Assembly: GCF_006345805.1 (NCBI RefSeq)
Contig: NW_021835291.1
Span: forward strand, 1 to 40,964
Length of the DNA stretch: 40,964 nucleotides
Direction: 5' to 3'
Source of the DNA: Octopus sinensis
Lineage: Eukaryota
Translations under genes and position numbers: made by a program
Shown: one piece after another, positions 1 through 14,027 of the stretch
How the letters are laid out: each line of letters begins with the position of its first letter
How positions within the stretch are numbered: the first letter of the stretch is position 1
Notes under the pieces: generated by a model
What the model saw: only the letters and a program-made list of their open reading frames with translations
Database searches by the model: none
Told to the model about the DNA's origin: nothing

Positions 1-658
1 CGATATCCAAATCCCGTTTTCCTCGCTGTCGCTCTCCCTCTTCCTCTCTCTTGCTCTCTTTCTCCTCTGTCTACTGCAGACACGGACCCGTGGCAACCTT
101 CCTTTTGTTCTCTCCCTTTTTCACACCGGTCGCAATTCTCTGTGTCTCGCTATTTTCTATCCTTTAATGATGTCTCTACCTACCACCATATTTGGCCTTT
201 TGGCTCTGAGGCTATATTTTACTCGTTTCTTATCTATTTCGTCTTTGTCCATCGTCTAAATTACATTTATTCACTTTCGTATGTCCACTGTATTGCTTTC
301 TTTGCTCTTGGCACTATAATCTCTGCAACTTTTGTGGGCACCACCAGCATGGAAAGTTTCTCATTCTTACCATTACTGGTGCGAAACTGAGTAGTACCAT
401 TAGGTGATAACTGTTGAAGAATTATGGAACTTCTGTGCCTGTCTCCCTTCGTTAAGCACTCAGTATACGGTTTGTAGTTAGTTTACATATATATAAAGAT
501 AAGCACAGTCAGCGGTTGGAATAACCGTCTAAAGTATAAAAATATCTGTTTTTACTACCGGTATCAATTACCTAATACTGGGCATGAGTATGCAAGCACA
601 CTATGCTTATAAGGTACAGGTAGTAACAGAATAAAGAAGAATTTACAAGGAGTCGAAT

Positions 659-1058
659 TTTAAATAAGCAGAAAATAGAGAAAACTTATGATCAACAAAC
701 GAGGAAATTGGCCAACATCGGTTAGTTATTTTTTAATAGAAGACTTAAGATCGCTAGACATACGGCCGTTTCGGCTGCCAATGTCAGCCGGTGCCTACAA
801 AGATAATTTCCGAAAATAATATTCGTCATCTTTATAGCATATTCCATCTGTTCCATGGAGCTTCATCAGAGTGAATATAAATACATAAAATAAAAGAAGG
901 AAAGAGGGAAGAGGAAAGAATTGGGCCTCGAGATAACATTGGCAGCCGAAACGGCCGTATATCTGGCAAAGTGAAGTTTTGTATTAAAAAATAATTAACC
1001 GATTTTGGTCAATTTGTTTGTTGACCAAATGTTTTCTCCATCTTCTGCTTATTCTAAA
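659..1058. mobile_element. Inverted repeat (arms about 659-784 and 936-1058), Penelope-like terminal fold-back remnant
   Basis: 760-784 is the exact reverse complement of 936-960, and similarity extends about 120 bp with mismatches. Each arm carries GCCGAAAC-GGCC-GTA, resembling the 3' half of the minimal hammerheads at Penelope-like termini. Family assignment is inference. Confidence 0.5.
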
Positions 1059-1358
1059 TTATATGTGTGCATGTGTGTATACATGTATATATATATGTAT
1101 ATATATGTGTGTGTATGTATATATGCATATGTATATATACTTAATATGATTTCTCTATGGAACCAATCGATGGAAAAATGTGAAGAGGCAGATATTAAAG
1201 TAGAAATAATAGGAAATCAAACTTAAATATATATAACTAGATACTTGCACTGCGTCGTTATGTATGAATCTGTTTCTCTATCTACACACACACGCAGACA
1301 CATACACACATGTACACACACACAGACACAAGCACCAAACTCAGATGTATAAAGTACA

Positions 1359-1751
1359 TCTTTATATATAAAAGTGAGGTTGTGTGCTGTCTGTCTCCTA
1401 CGATTTAGATTCCTAACTACTCCCACATATTGCGGTGCAGTTTAACCAAAACCGGGTATCTTATAGTCGTGATTCATATCGAGCCCTTCTGAGTATTAGC
1501 CCGCTTCTACGATGCGTCTACGATTTAAAAAAAAAATTACCTTCAATTTTTCCCATTTTTAATGCATTTTTGGCATATATAAGGGAAGTAACTCTCTAAA
1601 CATTTATTATTAAATCTCAGAATGTAAAAAGACAGTAAACACCCCCCTTTGGTGGTAGCCATATTGAGATGGCTATTATACTTTACATCTCTAAAATGCT
1701 TATATAGTTATTTCCCTTACAAAGCCGAGCAACGCCGGGCGATACTGCTAG
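1359..1751 (+). mobile_element. Short non-autonomous Helitron-type element
   Basis: Begins A|TCTTTATATATAAAA and ends with an imperfect GC hairpin GCCGAGC-AAC-GCCGGGC (1724-1740) followed by CTAG|T (1748-1751). It sits between A and T with no TSD, matching canonical Helitron termini. Confidence 0.75.
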
Positions 1752-2029
1752 TATAATATAGTTTTGTTTATATGGGAATTTTCAAGACTCATAGCTTTCG
1801 TATCTTTATTTCGTATAGACATTGGACATAGCCTCGAGTATTTTCTAATTATAGTTGTAGAGCACTTTCAGAATATGTGCCTCGATCACACGAATTATGG
1901 TGTGCATTGAGAGGTTATCGTGATGGGTGACTCACATGCATAGACACTCTGTATAGACAGACAGAACGCACGCGACACCACAACCTCACACTCACACACC
2001 TACACCCAACAACACACCACACACACAGA

Positions 2030-2416
2030 TATATATATATATATCTGTGTATATACATATATGTATGTGTATATACATTCATATGGGTGTATGTGCGTAC
2101 TCAAGTACTTATTCAAATATATAGAGATCTGAAAATATGAATCTATATACGCATAGAGGTGACCATGTGTGTATCTATTAGTATATAATCTGTATCTATT
2201 TATGTATATATCAGTGTCTGTGTGCACGTGTGTTCTTGTGTGTGTGTGTCAGTGTGTGTGTGTCAGTGTGTGTGCGTGTGTACAAGTATATGGTTACAGA
2301 CACGCACAACCCTCACACACGAACAGAAGCACACAGAGAAACACCTTCATACACAGAAGTACGCACAACCACATACACACTGACACATACAGACACACAC
2401 ACTCAGACACACACAA

Positions 2417-2457
<41 letters not shown>

Positions 2458-2685
2458 TAGAAGCGGCTGAACCAAGCACATTTTATAGACGTGCTGAAGA
2501 CCAAAGAGAATTTATTAGGAAAGTTTTTAAAGAAATAAATACTGTCTCCAGACATATCTGAAATCAAAGCATTGCATGCTTATTGCCTGTCTTCGTTTAG
2601 ATTTAAATATACGCACATACGCATGCGCAAACGTTCACACAAAAGTAATATATAACACGCATACCTACATATATATATATATGTA

Positions 2686-2730
<45 letters not shown>

Positions 2731-3049
2731 CGTGTGTGTGTGTGTGTATATACAACACACATACATATAATATATATAATATATATATATATATAATATA
2801 TATTAATATATATATTAAGTAAATATATGATTATGATGTCTCTATACGCATATGTATATATATATATATATATATATGTGTGTATAGTTGTTCATACAAT
2901 GTGTAATTATTTTAGATTAACATTCATTGAATAACTCATCTCCAATGATGTGTTTAATAGCAACAGTTACTGAAATTATCTTAGTGTACACAAACACCCA
3001 GCCACGCGCTCTCACACATACATAGGTATATATATAAATATCTATATAT

Positions 3050-3095
<46 letters not shown>

Positions 3096-3490
3096 GTGTG
3101 TGTGTTATGCGCCTATAGACGCCCATGCACACATATGTCCATACTCACCTCCCACACATCGTCTCCTTGAGACATTTGTATATATCCCTGCCTAGTGAAT
3201 AGGTTAAAATACATGCAATTCTCTTTCTCTCTTTCTCTCTTTCTCTCTGTATATCTAACTACCTCTCTCCACCCATTTATGTCCGTATGTGTCTGTGTGT
3301 ATGTGTTTATGCATGCTTATATATGTGTGTATACATATGTTTATATATACGTACGCACATACATATACATACATAGATATATTATACATGCATGCTTGTG
3401 TATATGTATACATATGTATGTATGTATATATATATATATACATATATATATGTACACTATATATATATTATATATATAAGTATATATATG

Positions 3491-3522
<32 letters not shown>

Positions 3523-3566
3523 CATTATTATATATACAACATATCTATATAATATATGTATATATT

Positions 3567-3609
<43 letters not shown>

Positions 3610-3667
3610 CATAAGTATTATATATATATATATATATATATAATGTAATATATAAGTATATATAGTA

Positions 3668-3710
<43 letters not shown>

Positions 3711-3965
3711 GTATATATATATATATATATTGTATAGACACACACAAATTTATATATTTTATATATATTATATACTTATATATATCCACACACGTATATA
3801 TGTTGTATAAAGTATATACATATATATATGAATATATATATACATATATATATGAATATATATATATATATATTATTATATATATATATCTATATATATA
3901 TATTATATAATATATATATATATAATATTATATATACTATATATATATATATACATATATGCATA
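2030..3965. repeat. Compound (TA)n/(TG)n/(CA)n microsatellite tracts
   Basis: Dinucleotide repeats directly visible, interspersed with short unique stretches; boundaries approximate. Confidence 0.95.
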
Positions 3966-4282
3966 CATAAACGCCTACATATCACACGATACCCATACCG
4001 CCCTATATCTGAATATTATTCCTGTTTTTCCATATAACCGATCATTAAGTACCACTTTTGGCATTTCAATATGTGTTTTCAAGGTTTGATAAATTGTCTT
4101 CAATGAATGCAAGACATAATTGTCGGTTAAAAGCTAAGAATTGGTTACAATGGCCGTCGCTACCAGGAGAGTCGGCAGTCGATGCCGTTAGTGATGGGAG
4201 TCAACACATATAGACTTCATGACAGTAACGTCGATAAGGCGAACGACGCCGACGTCAACAATAGAAGATGGTCGTGATTATG

Positions 4283-4663
4283 ATAATAATAATAATAATA
4301 ATGATGATAATGATAATAATAATAATAATGATAATAATAATAATAATCTATAATAATTAATAATATATAATAATATAATGGATAATATAAAAGTAATAAT
4401 AATAATAATAATATGATGATGATGATAATAATAATAATAATATATCATAAGAATGATAATAATAATATATATAATAATAATAATAATAAATAATGAGCAA
4501 AAATATGATGATGATGATGATGATGATGATGGTGACTAATAATAATATAATATGATGTGATGATGATGATAATATAATAATAATAACAATGATAATAATG
4601 ATAATAATAATATATAATAATAACAATAATAATAAGAACAACAACAACGACACCACCACCAAC

Positions 4664-4718
<55 letters not shown>

Positions 4719-4915
4719 TAATAATTATGATGACGAGAATGATGATGATAATGATGATGATAATAATAATAATAATAATGATAATAATAATGATGATGAC
4801 GATGATGATAATAATAATGATAATGATGGTGATGATGATTATGATGATGATGATGATGATGATAATAATGGTGGTGATGCTGGAGGTGGAATTAATAATA
4901 GTAATAATAAATAAC
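4283..4915. repeat. (AAT)n/(GAT)n/(AAC)n trinucleotide tract
   Basis: Directly visible; source of the poly-I/N/M ORFs in the track. Confidence 0.95.
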
Positions 4916-5009
4916 ATGGCGGAGGGGCTGCTGTCAAAACGTTATAATCAAAGATGTAAATAACGAAATAACGATGGCAACTCACTTATTTTGTGAGCGT
5001 AAACATGTG

Positions 5010-5137
5010 TTCATATCTTGCATGTATATATGTGTGTATATGCGTGAGTATATATATATATGAGCGTATGTACGTACGTATGTATGCATGCATGCATGTA
5101 TGCGCACGTGTGTGTGTATACATCTACATACATACTT

Positions 5138-5168
<31 letters not shown>

Positions 5169-5391
5169 CATATATATATATGTTTTCTTTGTTACAATGG
5201 CGTACATAAGCGCTCAAACATGGCTTCAGAGATGTATACATAACGATCTTACATGCTTATATACGCATATATACATACATTTATGTGTTTGTGCATGTGT
5301 ATATATATGTGTGTGTATATGTGTGCATATATATATATATCTATATATATATTATGTATATATATACATATATATATATTATATATATATA

Positions 5392-5446
<55 letters not shown>

Positions 5447-5996
5447 TTATATATATATACATATATTACACACGCAGACACATGTATACATATTTACATC
5501 TATATATGTTCACAAACTAAACTACACAAAATATCATACGCGTGCGCGCATATTTTCCTTATACCGACTAATGTGAATTCTGCATGTTAATATATCTTCA
5601 TTATTCAATTCACAGCGTCATAGCACCGTCTACTTATTGAGTAGTTGTGCACTATCAATGTTTACGCATTTCTTTCAGCCGAGATAAAATTGTATCCTCT
5701 AAGTCCATGTTATCTATATCTATCTATCTGTCTGTCTGTCTCTCTGTCCTCTCTCTCTCTCTATCTATCTATCCAACAATCTATCTACTTACCTATCTAT
5801 CTCTCTATCTATCTATCGATCTATCGATCTTGCTAGCTAGTTACCTAGCTCGCTAACTTGCTACTCACCCGTTCATCTCCTGTCTACTCCTGTGTGTGTG
5901 TGTGTGTGTGTTTGTGTGTGTATAGATATATACATACATACAAACACATTTAAATACATATAAATACACACACATACATACACACACACACACACA

Positions 5997-6079
<83 letters not shown>

Positions 6080-6169
6080 CATAAACACACATGCATACAT
6101 ATTTAACTATTGATGTATAAATAACACAAACATATATAATTATATATATTATATATACACACACACCAT

Positions 6170-6200
<31 letters not shown>

Positions 6201-6517
6201 ATATATATTATATATATATATAATTGTCTGCAATATATATGTATATACACATATATACACACATATATATATACATATTATATATGTGTATGTATATATG
6301 TGTATATATACGTACATATATACACATATATATACATGTATACATATATGTGTACATATATATATATATGTATATATATATATATGCCCCTATTTGTATG
6401 AACTCGTGTCTATGTGTGTGTCTGTGACTTCGTATGTATATATGTATATTTCTGCATAGGTGTATACGTATATGCAAATATATACATGTCCATACATATA
6501 TATGCAACATGTATACA

Positions 6518-6561
<44 letters not shown>

Positions 6562-7049
6562 GTGTTTGAGAGTGTGTTGTGTGTGTGTGTGTGTGTGTTG
6601 TCTGTAAGCACATATCCGTGTGTATACGGACTTATGCATAAATCCATGTCTTTTGATCGCTGTGGTTATATCGATTGTCTAACCTTGTATAATATTGCTC
6701 ATGTAATCATCGTCATAACTTGTTTTAAATACACGATTAGCATTATTATCACTGTTATTACGTAGTAGTAGTAGTTGTTGTAGTATGGTTGGTATCTTCT
6801 ATTCATGTGTTTTCCTTGAACTCCTTCCTTCCTTCCTTCCTTCCTTTCTCGCTTCCTAACTTCCTTCTTGGTTTTTGCCACAAGACAGAAATCGCTTGGA
6901 ATATTTTCGTTACGCAAGCTGTAAATTTGATGATGACGCTGATGATGATGATTATGATGATGATGATGACGACGACGACGACGATGTTGATAAGGGCGAC
7001 GACGACGGTGATGGCAATGATAATAATATAATAATAATAATAATAATAT

Positions 7050-7080
<31 letters not shown>

Positions 7081-7087
7081 CAACAAC

Positions 7088-7141
<54 letters not shown>

Positions 7142-7152
7142 TTAATAATAAT
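5010..7152. repeat. Microsatellite block: (TA)n, (TCTA)n, (TG/CA)n, (CTTC)n, (GAT/GAC)n, (AAC)n, (AAT)n
   Basis: Directly visible simple repeats with short unique spacers; boundaries approximate. Confidence 0.9.
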
Positions 7153-7667
7153 GCCCTGATGTAGTACCAGGCAGTGGCTCTCGTGGCTTCTGATCTTTAG
7201 TGATTGGAAGTGTTATCATGTACATTGTTTTGTCTTGGTATAAAAGATGGGCTACAGCAAATATTCTGCTCAATACCAAATATTTGCTTGTCAGTTGTTT
7301 GACCTTAACCAGTTGAGCATGTCCCTTAGTGGCTGATGATATGAGCATCTCTGATCACGAGCTGAAGTAGTGGGGGAGGATGATAGCTATGTGTTGAAAG
7401 GAATTCTTTGGGGTTTGAATAATTCCCCTCTGGAAACGTGTGTTTTATTCAACCTCTTTAAACAACCCTTATTATTGTGCGGGATGGGCTACTCGAGCTG
7501 AAGAAAATTCTCACTGGTCCCCACCCACAAGGTCATGCGCTGTTTATCTTGATATGAAATCACCAGGTTGCGCGCATATGGTTGTGATTCCTGCTTGGAG
7601 TACCCTTATCAGACGGGTAGTCATGATGGTTATATTAAGCTACGTGGCATGCACTGCTCTCTGACTC
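7153..7667 (+). mobile_element. Family E non-coding interspersed element, longest copy, embedded in (AAT)n
   Basis: Reverse-complement homologous to three copies at 9184-10568. Starts GCCCTGATG after (AAT)n and ends GCACTGCTCTCTGACTC followed by AATAATAAT. No recognisable ORF. Confidence 0.85.
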
Positions 7668-7804
7668 AATAATAATGATAATCAGTAAAGTATTAGATAG
7701 TTGAAAAGAAAAGATAGCATGATACCGTAGGCTGCAGACAGCAAGCCTGCTACGCATGCAAGACTACAGGAGTTACAAGAAAACCTGAGATAAAAAGAGT
7801 AACA

Positions 7805-7882
7805 ATAATCCTTCCTACTATTGGTATAATGCCTGAAATGTGGGGGAAAAACTTAATTTGATCACATCGACCCCAGTAGTTA
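7805..7882 (-). mobile_element. Degenerate 3' tail fragment of family M SINE
   Basis: GCCTGAAATGTGGGGG...GATCACATCGACCCCAGT resembles the tail-2 region of the SINE copy at about 17109-17175. Confidence 0.55.
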
Positions 7883-7885
7883 AGT

Positions 7886-8445
7886 GGAAAGTTCCGACGA
7901 GATGGTGGGATTACTTCCTGGAAAGTTCCAAGGATGGGGAAACTTCCTGGAAAGTTCCGAGGAGGGGGAAGAATGGGAGGAATTACTTCCTGGAAAGCTC
8001 CGTGGAGGGCAAGGAAATATTTCCTGGGAAGTTCCGAGGACGGGCAGGAAGTAGAGGAATTACTCCTTGGAAAGTTCCGGGGAGGGGCAAGAAAGGGAGG
8101 AATTGCTTTCAGGAAAGTTCCGAGGAGGGGGGAATGTTTCCTGGAAAGTTCCGAGGAGGGGAGGAGGGGGAGGAATTAATTCCTGGGAAATTCCAATTGG
8201 GGGAGGAATTACTTTCGAGGAAAGGGAGGAAGAGGAGGAATTATTTCCTGGAAAGTTCCGAGGAAAGGAGGAATTACTTTGTGGAAAGTTCCGAGATGGG
8301 GAGGAATTACTTCCAGGAATGTTCCGAGCGGGGGATGGATTACTTCCTGGAACGTTCCGAGGGAGGGAAGGAACGGGATTACTGTCTGGAAAGATCCAAA
8401 GACGGAGAGGAATTACTTCCTGGAAAGTTCCGAAGAGGGGGAGAA
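7886..8445 (+). repeat. G-rich minisatellite, about 16 units of about 30-45 bp, core AATTACTTCCTGGAAAGTTCC
   Basis: Core recurs near 7886, 7911, 7942, 7981, 8019, 8058, 8101, 8133, 8174, 8207, 8239, 8272, 8305, 8339, 8378 and 8411, separated by variable purine-rich spacers. Confidence 0.9.
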
Positions 8446-8790
8446 ATAATTGCAGGGACAGCAGGGACAAGCTTTATGTTTGACTCTCGTAGCTGCCAAC
8501 TCTTGGCGACCTCAATTCCCAGGTCTTCATATTTATCGACCTTTTTCCTTTCTTTCATGATAATATATTGATCTCCTGGCACTGACACGTCGATTATCAG
8601 GCACTCTTGTTTGTTCCTTCTAAAAGTTACTATATCCGGCCTTCGGTGCTCTAACACCTTGTCTGTCTGTAAGTCAAAGTACCAGATGTTTGCCTTCCCG
8701 CTTTTGTCCATTACCTTTTCCGGTGTATGTTGGTACCAAGCACCTGTTACCTTATTGTTTTTCTTAGTACCGTATACTGCGTATACTTCC
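8446..8790 (-). mobile_element. R4/Dong-like non-LTR retrotransposon fragment, restriction-like endonuclease (RLE) domain
   Basis: Translates WYQHTPEKV...QTDKVLEHRRPDIV...CLIIDVSVPGD...KERKKVDKYEDL...WQL, the PD..D RLE signature typical of R4/Dong-type elements. Truncated at both ends. Confidence 0.85.
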
Positions 8791-8841
8791 CTTCTTTTAG
8801 GGTATACCGTCTATACTCTTCTTAATAAATTATTATTATTA

Positions 8842-9178
8842 CTAGCATTATGAGCCGGCAACGCCGGGTCATAGTGCTAGTGCATGCATATACAGCTGCG
8901 TGCGTGCACACATACACGCGAGTACTGTCCAAATCTCCGACCAATCACATACAGCTAGCTGGCATTCAATTGGCGTATCAAGTTTCGGGCATTTGGATTG
9001 GGTTTTGGATAGAAAATTCACAAAAAAAAATCACTTCTATTGATTTTTTAATGGCTTTGCGGGGTGACTGGGGAGATATAAAGATGTGCACGACCACTCT
9101 TGGACGGTTTTGAATGACCATAGAAAGTGCGAGCCCTCTAACTGAAAAATTGTGGATTTGCCGTTATATGTATAAAGA
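8842..9178 (-). mobile_element. Short Helitron-type element with a palindromic 3' end, inserted at A^T in an (ATT)n run
   Basis: Minus strand starts A|TCTTTATACATATAA at 9178 and ends CCCGGC-GTT-GCCGG...CTAG|T at 8842. Flanks TATTATTATTA and TTATT rejoin into (ATT)n. Confidence 0.65.
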
Positions 9179-9183
9179 TTATT

Positions 9184-9272
9184 GAGTGAGAGAGCAGTGC
9201 ATGCCATCACAGTGACACTGAGGTAAAATATACGAAGCCCAGTATACCCATCATAACTACCCGTCTATAAGG

Positions 9273-9275
<3 letters not shown>
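9184..9275 (-). mobile_element. Family E element, 92-bp 3'-end copy
   Basis: Same GAGTGAGAGAGCAG terminus as the other copies; ATT repeats on both sides. Confidence 0.85.
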
Positions 9276-9347
<72 letters not shown>

Positions 9348-9348
9348 T

Positions 9349-9540
9349 GACTTTTGCTTTACATTTGCACAAACTGGCTCCAAGTCTCTCCCAGAGACCT
9401 CAAGAGACAACAAGCTGGAAGTTCATGTTGGTGTTATGCCTAGGGTGCCATATATTTAGTTTTGTACTTAGTGTTGTACTAGTGAATGCCTAAAAAACAT
9501 ACGAAAATTATGTTTGTTTTAAAACTTGAGATTACATAGA

Positions 9541-9546
<6 letters not shown>
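9349..9546 (-). mobile_element. Probable extreme 3' end (last codons and 3' UTR) of an R4/Dong-like element within (ATT)n
   Basis: Minus strand reads ATA CTT TCT ATG TAA (I-L-S-M-stop), like the ILRKxLSx-stop end of R4/Dong ORFs, then about 185 bp of UTR-like sequence. Flanked by (ATT)n on both sides. Only four codons, so the family call is tentative. Confidence 0.5.
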
Positions 9547-9597
<51 letters not shown>

Positions 9598-10074
9598 GAG
9601 TGAGAGAGCAGTTCATGCCATCAAAGTGACACTGGGGTAAAATATATGAAGCCCAGTATACCCATCATAACTACCCGTCTGATAAGGGTACACCAGGCAC
9701 ATGCATCACAACCATATGTGCGCGACATGGTGATCTCATATCAAGATAAACAGCACATGACCTTGCAGGTGGGGCCCACTTAGAATTTTCTTCAGGTTGA
9801 GTAGCCCATCCCGCTCAAACGGTCCCTGAATAAGGGTTGTTTAAGGATGTTGAAAAAACCACCCATGTTTCCAGAGGTGAATTATTCAAAACCCCAAAGA
9901 ATCCCTCTCAACACACGGCTATGATTCTCCCCCCACTACTTCTGCTCGTGATCAGAGATGCACATATCGTCAGCCACTAAGGGACATGATCAACTGGTTA
10001 CGGTCAAACAACTGACAAGCAAATCTGTGGTATTGAGCAGAATATTTGCTGTAGCCCATCTTTTATACCAAGAC
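9598..10074 (-). mobile_element. Family E element, 477-bp copy in (ATT)n
   Basis: Homologous to 7153-7667 (reverse complement); shared 3' terminus, other end truncated; (ATT)n on both sides. Confidence 0.85.
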
Positions 10075-10125
<51 letters not shown>

Positions 10126-10141
10126 TATTATTATTATTATT

Positions 10142-10568
10142 GAGTGAGAGAGCAGTTCATGCCATCAAAGTGACACTGGGGTAAAATATACGAGGCCCAG
10201 TATACCCATCATGACTACCCGTCTGATAAGGGTACACCAGGCACATGCATCACAACAATATGTGCGTGACATGGTGATCTCATATCAAGATAAACAGCAC
10301 ATGACCTTGCAAGTGGGGCCCAGTTAGAATTTTCTTCAGGTTGAGTAGCCCATCCCGCTCAAAAGGTCCCTGAATAAGGGTTGTTTAAGGATGTTAAAAG
10401 AACCACCCATGTTTCCAGAGGTGAATTATTCAAACCCCAAAGAATCCCTCTCAACACATAGCTATCATCCTCCCCCACTAATTCTGCTCGTGATCAGAGA
10501 TGCTCATATCATCAGCCACTAAGGGACATGCTCAACTGGTTAAGGTCAAACAACTGACAAGCAAATCT
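10142..10568 (-). mobile_element. Family E element, 427-bp copy
   Basis: Near-identical to 9598-10074 over the shared length; truncated end abuts a family M SINE tail fragment (about 10569-10650, + strand). Confidence 0.85.
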
Positions 10569-10889
10569 ACCAGTTGAAATTGACTAGTTCTTGCCTCCCC
10601 CCACAAAAAACAAAAAAATTCAGGCCTTGTGCCTGTAAGTACAAAAGATTAAATCATATTATTTTGTAGCTGTTGTTATCCATGCTGCTGTTGTTGTTGT
10701 TGTTATTGCTGTTTCTAATGTACTCTATTTACACCCGTTTCCTATATTTGTATTTATTTTAATCGCGACATCATCGGAATTTTGCATCCTTTAACTCTTT
10801 TAATTCTTCTTGTCCGTTTTATTCTTTACATTTTGCTCTTTATTTGATCTCAAACAGTATTTGAGATGCTACAAAGGAGTTCAAATATA

Positions 10890-13135
<2,246 letters not shown>

Positions 13136-13354
13136 AATCACGAATATTACTTTAAAGGGTTCTGTACTTATTTCGGTTCGATCAGTATATCTGTTGCTCG
13201 ATCACGTGAACGGTTTAGTCTTTGAATTAGGGTGCTAGTCGATGGATATTCTACGGACACTATAGCATGACACTCTGTGATAATGCTGACCGTTTTCATT
13301 GGTTATACTATGCATCCACCTAACTTTGAAACTCTACCCGTGTTCCTCTTTACA

Positions 13355-13755
13355 AGGTGAAGCTTGTTTCCGATACACATGGTTCCGAGTTCGGTCCCAC
13401 TGTGTGGCACCTTGGGTAAGTGTCTTCTACAATGGCCTCGGGCCCGCCAAACCTTGTGAGTGGATTCGGTAGACGGAAACTGGAAGAAGCCTGTCGCATA
13501 TGTGTGTTTATCTGCTTGTCTGTCTGTGTATGTGTATATTTATATGTGTGTATCTGTGTTTTGGTGTTTGTCCCCCATCACCGCTTGACAACCGGTGTTG
13601 GTGTGTTTACGTCCTCGTAACTTAGCGGTTCGGCAAAAGACTCCAATAGAATAAGTACTAGACTTACAAAGAATAAGTCTTTGGGGTCGATTTTCCTCTA
13701 CTTAAAAGCCTTTAAGGTGGCGCTCCAGCGTGGCCGCAGTCAAATGTCTGAAACT
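13355..13755 (+). mobile_element. Family A tRNA-derived SINE (diverged, head eroded)
   Basis: B-box-like GAGTTCGGTCCC, body GTGAGTGGATT..GTAGACGGAAACTG, internal microsatellite, 3' end GCGTGGCCGCAGTCAAATGTCTGAAAC. Confidence 0.85.
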
Positions 13756-14027
13756 ATTATGGCCGTATTTGAAGAAGCAGACATCTTGGAAACATTATTG
13801 GAGGAAGAACAGAGGGTAGTAGATCAAAGTGCAAGCAAAGAACTCGAATGATGGACAAAGTCACGTGCTGGTCGGATAAAAGTGACAACGCAGTTGGATA
13901 ACTCACGCTTAATCAGCAAGACTGTGATTGTAGTGTCAGCAATGTGTTGTAGGTGTACGATGCATAATTACAGGTAAGTCTACCGCCATCAATTCACCAT
14001 AGGGTAAGTTCACCGCCATCAATTTAC

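Noticed and set aside
2000-7081. Many ORFs rich in Y/I, C/V, H/T, poly-I, poly-N and poly-L (also at 11-13 kb, 24-26 kb and 28-32 kb)
   Set aside because: They are translations of di- and trinucleotide microsatellites that lack stops in some frames; no domain content.
7160-7380. U1 snRNA-like words in family E (TACCAGGCAG, GATCACGA, GTAGTGGGGGA)
   Set aside because: Matches are 8-11 nt and their spacing is incompatible with U1; likely chance.
7840-8571. 243-aa ORF with repeated NYFLESS/ELLPGKFR motifs, and overlapping ORFs
   Set aside because: Open in several frames because the minisatellite core lacks stops; units are not consistently multiples of three, and the end is antisense to the R4-like fragment.
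13758-13978. Unique stretch ending in a perfect donor CAG|GTAAGT at about 13970-13978
   Set aside because: The donor lies in a short ~29-bp duplicated motif (GGTAAGT..ACCGCCATCAATT.ACC, twice), the longest frame has an internal stop, and there is no convincing acceptor.
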